From: a virus
Strand: one strand, 5' to 3'
Length of the DNA stretch: 40,503 bases
IMG/VR virus record: IMGVR_UViG_3300045988_128720
Shown here: positions 5,222-10,885 of the stretch, piece by piece
Position numbering within the stretch: the stretch's first letter is position 1
How the letters are laid out: each line of letters opens with the position of its first letter
Made by a program: the position numbers and the translations under genes
The notes under the pieces: model-generated
Told to the model about the DNA's origin: nothing
Databases searched by the model: none
Seen by the model: the letters and a program-made list of their open reading frames with translations, nothing else

Positions 5222-6139
5222 TCAGGCGGGGTTGTCGTTGCTGGCGGCGTCGAGTTCCTTCATAAGCTGCCGGGCGGCGCGTCTGCCGTTGTCGGTGAGC
5301 TGACGTTGCCATGCGCCGTTGCGCGGGGACCAGCGGAAACCGTAAGATTTGAGTAGGGCGCGGGTGTCGTCGTCGGGTTTTCCGTCGAAGATCAGCTGCA
5401 CGCGCATCTGTTCGGTGTCCTCGTGGTAGGTGTAGCCGTCGTGTTCCTCGTCGTCGTGGGTGGCGCTCTTAGCTGTCTGCAACGAGTTCAAGCGATCTTG
5501 CAGGCGCTTAACGTTGGCGAGGCTGTTCTGCAGGGCGTAGGGCGGGTATGGAGTGCCGGTGTACCATCCTGCGGACCAGTGACTTTCGATGTTGCGGCGC
5601 TCCTCGGGGTCAAGGTCGGGGCAACCTTCCAGCGTCTTGTGCTGGCGGTAATAGGCATTAGTGGCCTTCATCCGGTCACGCTCTGCCTGCAGGCGGTTGA
5701 GCTTGTAAGTCAGTGCCTCGATCGCTTCGGGGTCGTTGGACTTGATCGGCTGCTGGTGGGCGTGTTCCAGCAAGTACAGGTAGTGTTCGGCTTTTTCAAA
5801 GTTCGCGGCGTTCGCCTGCCACGCGGCGATCTGCTTTTCTTTCTTCCGCACAGGGAAGTTGGCAGGCCCGCAGACCATAACGGACGGGCAGCGGGCGCTG
5901 ATCTCGTTGTCGCGGTTGATGGCGTTGGCCAGCGTGGCGGCATAGCGGTCGAACAGATACTCGGCTCGTTCGCGCTGGGCGTCGGTCTGACAAAGTGCCT
6001 GCACCCTTTTGAGGGTGTCGGCAGCCTCTGCCACTTGGGCGCGGTAGCCTGCCGTGGCGCTGCCCGGCTTGTAGTCGCTAAAGCTGCGCAGGTCGTTTGC
6101 CCGGCGGGCGGTGTCCTCGTTGATGGTGTAATTGCTCAT
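5222..6139 (-). CDS. DUF3560-like protein (305 aa) with C-terminal GFRWS module
   Basis: ORF track entry with an AGGAGGT RBS. The C-terminus VQLIFDGKPDDDTRALLKSYGFRWSPRNGAWQRQL recalls DUF3560 proteins of plasmid leading regions (memory-based). Confidence 0.75.
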   Translation of the reverse strand: MSNYTINEDTARRANDLRSFSDYKPGSATAGYRAQVAEAADTLKRVQALCQTDAQRERAEYLFDRYAATLANAINRDNEISARCPSVMVCGPANFPVRKKEKQIAAWQANAANFEKAEHYLYLLEHAHQQPIKSNDPEAIEALTYKLNRLQAERDRMKATNAYYRQHKTLEGCPDLDPEERRNIESHWSAGWYTGTPYPPYALQNSLANVKRLQDRLNSLQTAKSATHDDEEHDGYTYHEDTEQMRVQLIFDGKPDDDTRALLKSYGFRWSPRNGAWQRQLTDNGRRAARQLMKELDAASNDNPA

Positions 6140-6216
6140 TGTGTTACCTCCTGTGTTGTGGTTGTTATTCGGATATGGGGCGGGGCTGCTTTAAGCTGTG
6201 CAACCCTGCGAGAGTG

Positions 6217-6681
6217 TCAGCGGTGGACAAGGCCATAATAGTAATGGCGCAGGCCATGGCGGACAAAAGCCATGTATAGAAGCCCTTGCGCGTCGCTGGT
6301 GGAAGGCTCGCCCATCAAAAAACCCTTGTGACCATCGCGGCGCAGATCGCGCGGCAGGCTGTACGGTGGCATGCAGTTCAGCATATCGTCATACACGTCG
6401 GCGGTAATGGCCTGGCCGGCGCGGGCGTTAAACGTTCCACTGCGCTCCCAGTCGGCGCGGGTGTAGGTGTCAGCGGTTGGCAGGTCGGCGGCAAGGTCGC
6501 AGTAGTGGTTGAACATCAGGCGGGCGTCCTCCGGGTCGTGAGTGTGGTAGCACTCAATCTCCCGACCATCGGGGTACATGGCCATAACTTCAATATAGCC
6601 ACATTCGGCGGTGAGGTCTGCCGCGTCGATGATGATCTTGCGGCCCTGCCAGGTGGTTTCGGTGTGGTGTAGGGTTTTCAT
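6217..6681 (-). CDS. hypothetical protein (154 aa)
   Basis: ORF track entry, compact spacing within the operon, AAAGGAGC-type RBS upstream. Confidence 0.7.
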   Translation of the reverse strand: MKTLHHTETTWQGRKIIIDAADLTAECGYIEVMAMYPDGREIECYHTHDPEDARLMFNHYCDLAADLPTADTYTRADWERSGTFNARAGQAITADVYDDMLNCMPPYSLPRDLRRDGHKGFLMGEPSTSDAQGLLYMAFVRHGLRHYYYGLVHR

Positions 6682-6696
6682 GGTTGTTAGCTCCTT

Positions 6697-6927
6697 TCAG
6701 ATGATGCCGCACTGTTCAGCGGCCAGGACGAACGCGGCGGCTTCGCGGTCGCTTGTGATGTGGTCGCCTTGCAGTTCTTCCAGACGGAAGCGGGCGCGGC
6801 GGAAGTCGGCGCTGTGGGCGGTGAAATACTCGAACCTGGCAACGGTGGCCGGGTAGCTTGGCAGCTCGTCCAGGCCATCATACAGGGCCACATATGCGGC
6901 CTCGTAGGCTGTTTGCAGGTGTTCCAT
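6697..6927 (-). CDS. hypothetical protein (76 aa)
   Basis: Internal ATG 6925-6927 preceded by AAGGAGG. The longer track ORF adds a Pro/Ser/Ala-rich extension with no RBS. Confidence 0.65.
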   Translation of the reverse strand: MEHLQTAYEAAYVALYDGLDELPSYPATVARFEYFTAHSADFRRARFRLEELQGDHITSDREAAAFVLAAEQCGII

Positions 6928-6940
6928 GTTGTGGGCCTCC

Positions 6941-7225
6941 TTACTGGTTCCAAGTGCAGTCTCGGGGGAGCTGCTTGCGGGCATTCTCGACGCAAACGGC
7001 CTTGATGGTGATGTGGACGGCGCGGCCGGTGCTGGTCTCGGTGCCTGTGAAATAATAGTAGCCGTAGCGCTTGCCACGCGTGCCGGATGGCTTGAACCGC
7101 TCCGGCGGGATGATGACTTCAATCGTGCGGTTCTGCTCGTGGTATGTGCCGGGGACGGTCTGGCAGTCGGCGTAGTGCTGCTTGTAGGTGCGGTAGGGGA
7201 TGCGGTAGGTGTCTGTCATTGTCAT
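6941..7225 (-). CDS. hypothetical protein (92-94 aa)
   Basis: AAGGAG upstream. Two in-frame ATGs (7225 and 7219); the second has the better spacing. Confidence 0.65.
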   Translation of the reverse strand: MTMTDTYRIPYRTYKQHYADCQTVPGTYHEQNRTIEVIIPPERFKPSGTRGKRYGYYYFTGTETSTGRAVHITIKAVCVENARKQLPRDCTWNQ

Positions 7226-7296
7226 TATCTCCTTTACTTTGGTTTGTGGGGTAGGGTCGCTTTACTGTGCGGCCCTGCAAGGTATCAGGCGGGGAA

Positions 7297-7494
7297 TCAG
7301 TCGGCGATGCAGAGCATATAGCCGCGCTTTGCACAGATGATAGCGAGGCGGGCATAGTTCATATAGTTGCGGACTGCATCGGGCTTACTTGTGGTTGCGT
7401 ACTCGTTTGAAAGCCTTTGCAGGTTGCGGCGCTGCTGCGCGAGCTCTTTTTGAGCGCTGCGCGGGGTTAGCTTGAAGGTTGTGTATTGGGTCAT
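7297..7494 (-). CDS. hypothetical protein (65 aa), first gene of the leftward sub-operon
   Basis: AAAGGAGC RBS, directly downstream of the promoter at 7537-7565. Confidence 0.65.
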   Translation of the reverse strand: MTQYTTFKLTPRSAQKELAQQRRNLQRLSNEYATTSKPDAVRNYMNYARLAIICAKRGYMLCIAD

Positions 7495-7536
7495 GGTTGT
7501 TTGCTCCTTTCGGTGCTGTGGTTTTGATTTGTCTAT

Positions 7537-7565
7537 ATGATACTACGGTAAACCGTATATGTCTA
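7537..7565 (-). promoter_or_regulatory. leftward promoter TAGACA-17-TATCAT with operator palindrome TACGGT-AA-ACCGTA (7544-7557) in the spacer
   Basis: On the minus strand, the -35 is at 7560-7565 and the -10 at 7537-7542 with a 17-nt spacer. Confidence 0.65.
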
Positions 7566-7609
7566 TTGGCATTTTGCATAATGTTTACCGTATATTTTGG
7601 GCATTTTTC

Positions 7610-7641
7610 TACTGTAAACCGTATTGCCGTTGTGTTACAAT
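7610..7641 (+). promoter_or_regulatory. rightward promoter region of RHH gene 1: operator copy TACTGTAAACCGTA (7610-7623) over the -35, and -10 TACAAT (7636-7641)
   Basis: The operator differs by one base from the 7544-7557 palindrome. An additional half-site TTTACCGTATA is at 7584-7594. Confidence 0.55.
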
Positions 7642-7667
7642 AGGAATGCAAGAAAGGGGGCTATATT

Positions 7668-7847
7668 GTGGCAGTTTCTGAAAGTCAAAAAAAAGCGTCT
7701 GCGAAATGGGATAAAAACCACGCGGCAACACTTGCTTGTAAGGTGCCAAAGGAAAAAGCGGAAGCGTTCCGGGATTATTGTGCTGATCAGGGGAAAAGCG
7801 TCCACGCGGTTTTGCTGGAGTATGTCAACAACTGCTTAGAGCGGTGA
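7668..7847 (+). CDS. 59-aa ribbon-helix-helix (Arc/CopG-like) regulator, GTG start (not in ORF track)
   Basis: AAAGGGGG lies 7 nt before GTG 7668. VAVSESQKKASAKWDKNHAATLACKVPKEKAEAFRDYCADQGKSVHAVLLEYVNNCLER is paralogous in pattern to the 8649-8849 product. Track ORF 7624-7839 is the wrong frame (poly-basic junk). Confidence 0.7.
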   Translation: MAVSESQKKASAKWDKNHAATLACKVPKEKAEAFRDYCADQGKSVHAVLLEYVNNCLER

Positions 7848-7909
7848 CGGCTCCCGCGACCTTGCCCGGCGGGCTGCCGGGTGGTTTCGACCCTTGCCGG
7901 GGGTCATCA

Positions 7910-8443
7910 TCAGGCGGGGATGGTTTCGCGGTCGCGGGTTTGGTAGCTCTGGCCGCTGTACTTCTGGTAGATTTCTTCATAAGAGGCGCGGCGGTTGCGG
8001 CGGCTGCTGTCGCCTGCCGGGTGCCAGTAGTATTTGCAGCGGTTAGCAGACCAGCGGAAGCCGAGCTTTTCGAGGGTGCGCAGCCACTTGTGGTTGGTGT
8101 CGGCCCAAATCCAGGAGCCGACGACGTCGAACTGCAGGCCCGGGCACTTGGCCAGCTCTTCGGCCATCTTGACGGCCTCTTCATCCTGCGCGGTCTTGGC
8201 GGCATTCTCTGCCGCTTTGGTCTGCTCGTACTGCTGGCGGCCTTGCTTGGCCTGCTCACTGCAGAAGCGGGGGAGCGTTGGCTTCAGCTCGTCCCACTCG
8301 GCGTTGATTTCCTGCATGTCGGAGACGCTGCCGCCGTGATCGGGGTGGTGCTTGCTGGCCAGGTCGCGATACATTGCGGTGCCTTCGGTGATGGTGCAGG
8401 GGCGGGGGTTGAACCATTTATAGGTTTTATATGTGGTAGTCAT
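7910..8443 (-). CDS. J-domain protein (177 aa) with C-terminal GFRWS module
   Basis: AGGAGGAAACAAC precedes ATG 8441-8443. HPD motif in YRDLASKHHPDHGGSVSDMQEINAEWDEL. C-terminus VVGSWIWADTNHKWLRTLEKLGFRWSANRCKYYW. Confidence 0.85.
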   Translation of the reverse strand: MTTTYKTYKWFNPRPCTITEGTAMYRDLASKHHPDHGGSVSDMQEINAEWDELKPTLPRFCSEQAKQGRQQYEQTKAAENAAKTAQDEEAVKMAEELAKCPGLQFDVVGSWIWADTNHKWLRTLEKLGFRWSANRCKYYWHPAGDSSRRNRRASYEEIYQKYSGQSYQTRDRETIPA

Positions 8444-8495
8444 GTTGTTTCCTCCTGTGGGGCCGCTGGACGGCTGTTCTTGTTTCGATGGCTTT

Positions 8496-8524
8496 ATTAT
8501 ATCCGTCAACGTGTATCATGTCAA
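8496..8524 (-). promoter_or_regulatory. leftward consensus promoter TTGACA-17-TATAAT for the J-domain gene
   Basis: On the minus strand, TTGACA is at 8519-8524 and TATAAT at 8496-8501. Operator GTCAACGTGT lies in the spacer. Confidence 0.75.
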
Positions 8525-8597
8525 TACGTCTACGTGTAATTTGTAGGATTGCACAGTAAACGTCTACGTGTTTTGTGCATCTTGTACACGTTGACGT
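8503..8597. promoter_or_regulatory. four ACGTC(A/T)ACGTGT operator copies
   Basis: Copies at 8503-8514 (cCGTCAACGTGT), 8526-8537 and 8560-8571 (ACGTCTACGTGT), and 8586-8597 (inverted ACGTCAACGTGT). The outer two copies overlap the two divergent promoters symmetrically. Confidence 0.75.
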
Positions 8598-8619
8598 ATT
8601 GGGCGCGGTGTGGTATGAT
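8591..8619 (+). promoter_or_regulatory. rightward promoter TTGACG-17-(TG)gTATGAT for RHH gene 2
   Basis: TTGACG 8591-8596, 17-nt spacer, extended -10 TGGTATGAT ending at 8619. Confidence 0.7.
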
Positions 8620-8648
8620 GGTAATACTACATAAGAGGAGGCGACAAC

Positions 8649-8849
8649 ATGGCATCACCAGCACAGATCCAGGCGAATGTCCGGTACAATCGCAGCCGGG
8701 ACAGTATCACAATACGGCCCAGCAAGGAGGACGGCGCAGCAGTGCGGCAGGCAGCTGCAGCAGCCGGGCAGAGTGTGCAAGGCTACATAATGCAGGCATG
8801 TTCCGAGCGGATGCAACGAGAAAATCACGATAAACCGAAAAACACTTGA
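8649..8849 (+). CDS. 66-aa ribbon-helix-helix (Arc/CopG-like) regulator
   Basis: AAGAGGAGG RBS. MASPAQIQANVRYNRSRDSITIRPSKEDGAAVRQAAAAAGQSVQGYIMQACSERM has the beta-strand, helix, helix pattern. Confidence 0.75.
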   Translation: MASPAQIQANVRYNRSRDSITIRPSKEDGAAVRQAAAAAGQSVQGYIMQACSERMQRENHDKPKNT

Positions 8850-8874
8850 CAAAATCGCACTTGCATGCTAAAAT
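8846..8874 (+). promoter_or_regulatory. near-perfect promoter TTGACA-17-TAAAAT, followed by a second TATAAT at 8878-8883
   Basis: The -35 overlaps the stop codon of the RHH gene. The spacer is exactly 17 nt. Confidence 0.75.
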
Positions 8875-8875
8875 G

Positions 8876-8936
8876 TGTATAATGAGCGAACCACGCGAGG
8901 AAGCGAGTTTCCGCGACGGGGCTCACTCATTATACA
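8876..8936 (+). ncRNA. structured leader / short RNA hairpin between the promoter and the terminator
   Basis: TGTATAATGAG (8876-8886) pairs with CTCATTATACA (8926-8936). An inner helix pairs CGCG(A)GGAA with TTCCGCG. No ORF with an RBS is present. Confidence 0.5.
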
Positions 8937-8971
8937 GTTTTAACGTATCAACGCAAAAAATTAGGTTTCGG

Positions 8972-9002
8972 GCGTCCAGGCTTCGGCTTGGGCGCTTTTT
9001 TT
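8972..9002 (+). terminator. intrinsic terminator 30 nt upstream of the terS RBS
   Basis: 10-bp stem GCGUCCAGGC / GCUUGGGCGC (two G-U pairs), UUCG loop, then seven T. Confidence 0.8.
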
Positions 9003-9031
9003 GTTGCTATTTAAGGTAGGAGGGCGGCAAC

Positions 9032-9595
9032 ATGGCAGAGAAAAGCAAGGCGGCGCAGGCCGTCCAGCAGATGAGCAAGGCAGAGCGCGGCATACAGCGA
9101 GCACTAGAGCAAGCAGAGCGCGGCGAGCTTGTGGATAGTTTGGGCCGAGTTGTAAAGCCGTCACAAATTGCAGCGCTAAAGCCCAAGACGCTAGACCAGC
9201 AGCCAGCAGACCGCAAGCGAGAAATCCAGCAGGCAGGAGCAAAGCGCAGCAACGAGGTGCAAGCAAAGCGGAGGACTATAAAGGATATATATAGTGATTT
9301 GCTGCAGCAAGAGGATGACATTACAGGACTAGAGGATCAGGAGCTAGCAACGAGAGCGCAAAAGCGAGCACAAGAGCGAGGACAGCCGATTACCGTATAC
9401 GACAGTATCGCTATTGCGATGGCAGCGAAAGCGAAGGCCGGAGACGTGAAAGCGGCGGTGTTTGTGCGGGATTCTGCGGGGGATAAACCGGCCGACCAGA
9501 TGGAGATTACAGCCGAGACGATGACCGACGCAGACCGCGAATTGTTGGCAAATGTGCAGAAAAGACTGCAAAACGACGATGCTACGCAAAAGTGA
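9032..9595 (+). CDS. terS: terminase small subunit (187 aa)
   Basis: AGGAGGG RBS. DSIAIAMAAKAKAGDVKAAVFVRDSAGDKPADQMEI matches the conserved C-terminal block of small terminases (memory-based). Position is at the head of the packaging module. Confidence 0.75.
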   Translation: MAEKSKAAQAVQQMSKAERGIQRALEQAERGELVDSLGRVVKPSQIAALKPKTLDQQPADRKREIQQAGAKRSNEVQAKRRTIKDIYSDLLQQEDDITGLEDQELATRAQKRAQERGQPITVYDSIAIAMAAKAKAGDVKAAVFVRDSAGDKPADQMEITAETMTDADRELLANVQKRLQNDDATQK

Positions 9596-9597
9596 TA

Positions 9598-9621
9598 TTC
9601 GCTAAATAGGTATTTAGCGAA
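9598..9621. repeat. perfect inverted repeat TTCGCTAAATA-gg-TATTTAGCGAA, 3 nt after the terS stop
   Basis: 11-nt arms read directly from the sequence. No T-run follows, so it is not a typical terminator. Confidence 0.85.
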
Positions 9622-9695
9622 ATACAGCCGGGAAAAGCGGGCGCATGCAGCATAAAGAGGAAAGCCGAAAGCCTGCCGGGGGTGCATTGCATCAA

Positions 9696-9784
9696 GGCGG
9701 GGCGGGGGCTTCTTTTTTTATGGGGCTGTCCAGCAGAAGGCAGCAGGGGACCGGGGGTACCCCCCTATGAAGGGCGGGGCGGGG
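9696..9784. repeat. G-rich direct repeats GGCGGGGCGGGGG (9696-9708) and GGGCGGGGCGGGG (9772-9784) flanking a 12-bp palindrome GGGGGTACCCCC (9753-9764)
   Basis: Read directly. C-rich tracts follow at 9829-9838 and 9851-9862. No plausible ORF is present. Confidence 0.85.
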
Positions 9785-10002
9785 TGTGTAGAGAGCGCAG
9801 CCAGGTACGAATATGTTCCTTCCCCCACCGAACACAAAAATAAAATTTACCCATCCCCCCCATGCAGGAACATGTCGAAAAAACTGACAGGTTCCCCAGA
9901 AAAAATGATATAAAGTATATCCCGGTGCGGAAGTAAGTCAACCTCCTCTCTTACTATTGGGACTAGGGCCGTCCGCTTCAAGACCCAGCGGCCACAATAC
10001 AA

Positions 10003-10031
10003 AGCGTTCTGCTACGGCAGGGCGCTTTTTT
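10003..10031 (+). terminator. intrinsic terminator inside the terS-terL gap
   Basis: 10-bp stem AGCGUUCUGC / GCAGGGCGCU (two G-U pairs), UACG loop, then six T. Confidence 0.75.
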
Positions 10032-10035
10032 ATTT

Positions 10036-10123
10036 GCAGAATAAACCCGCGAGGAGCGGGAACGGTTTGCTAAACCGATTGTCTCGGAATGGAGATGTGG
10101 TTCGCGTCCACTGTTCTGCGCCA
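10036..10123 (+). tRNA. non-canonical type-II tRNA-like gene, anticodon GCU (Ser), encoded CCA
   Basis: Acceptor stem GCAGAAU / GUUCUGC (one G-U pair), discriminator G, then CCA. Anticodon arm ACGGU-UUGCUAA-ACCGA. Long variable arm (UCUC/GAGA stem). Deviations: A8; a compact 5-bp D stem with a GAGGA loop that keeps G18 and G19; T-loop UUCGCGU with C58. Confidence 0.5.
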
Positions 10124-10335
10124 ACGCCGATGATGCTGGTAAATAGGCAAGTGCAAGCGCATTCCGTTCCCAGCTAGGCAACCGCCATACGCCTACTAAC
10201 AGTGCGTACCATGTGGCGGATTCTGAACAGGCTTATGCTGGTATGACTTGCCAAAGAAACTTGCGAGACAGAATGCATGAGCCTTATTTTTTAGATGTTC
10301 CCGACATTTATGTCGGAGAGAAAGGATGGAGGCCT

Positions 10336-10653
10336 ATGCCGTATATTCCTGTCGGCGCTATCGTTGGCGCAATCCACATGCAGAACACGATCTCCAGACA
10401 CCGTCGCGAGGAAGAGGAAGAAGCCAAGAAAAAAGAGGAAGAGCCGAAAAGCAAGCAAGATGTGATGCCTATGTATTTCAGGAAAAAGCCGGTTGTCATT
10501 GAAGCGTACCAGACGTGGGAAGAACTTGATATTTTTACGCTGGAAGGCGTTATGCACGCTGCTCCCGGTGACTGGATTATCACTGGTGTGAACGGTGAAC
10601 AGTACCCGTGCAAGCCGGACATCTTTGAAAAGACATACGAGCCTGTAGAGTGA
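10336..10653 (+). CDS. 105-aa protein whose C-terminal half ([14 protein letters not shown]...[27 protein letters not shown]) is a common small phage protein family of unknown function
   Basis: The conserved [12 protein letters not shown] motif is recalled from many phages. The start is uncertain (ATG 10336 has GGAGG only 3 nt upstream). The track start at 10213 is a GTG with no RBS, inside structured RNA. Confidence 0.65.
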   Translation: MPYIPVGAIVGAIHMQNTISRHRREEEEEAKKKEEEPKSKQDVMPMYFRKKPVVIEAYQTWEELDIFTLEGVMHAAPGDWIITGVNGEQYPCKPDIFEKTYEPVE

Positions 10654-10801
10654 ACAGATCGCGGCAAGCCTCTGTTACACGCAACTTGCAAAAGCGTGTA
10701 AGTTTGTGACAAGTTTCAAAATATAAGACGTTAATGCGTTGAATGTTAACTTGCTTGTAACTTGCACACCGTGCAACACGCGCAACTGCCGCGCTTTATA
10801 T

Positions 10802-10885
10802 GCCAACATAGCTTAACTGGTAAAGCCGGGCCTCATGACAGCGTAGCTGCTGGTTTAGTTGCAGGTTCAAATCCTGCTGTTGGTG
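10802..10885 (+). tRNA. tRNA-like element with canonical acceptor, D and T arms but an aberrant, expanded anticodon region (possible CAU loop); pseudogene or non-decoding mimic
   Basis: GCCAACA / UGUUGGU acceptor; U8; D arm GCUU-AACUGGUA-AAGC; T arm GCAGG-UUCAAAU-CCUGC. 33 nt lie between the D and T arms where about 22 are expected, and no 5-bp anticodon stem can be drawn. Confidence 0.45.

Noticed and set aside
7624-7839. 71-aa ORF from the track (poly-basic MPLCYNRNARKG...)
   Set aside because: Wrong frame. The +1-shifted GTG-start frame (7668-7847) gives a clean RHH-like protein with a proper RBS.
8875-9021. 49-codon ORF starting at ATG 8873-8875 within the late leader
   Set aside because: No RBS. 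It runs through the hairpin and the terminator, and the peptide is Arg/Phe/Cys-rich junk. The region is better explained as RNA.
9978-10181. 67-aa minus-strand ORF
   Set aside because: It is antisense to the terminator and the tRNA-Ser-like element. It has no RBS and an implausible sequence.
10213-10335. N-terminal 41 codons of track ORF 10213-10653
   Set aside because: It has a GTG start with no RBS and lies inside the cloverleaf-like structured region. The conserved protein part starts much later.
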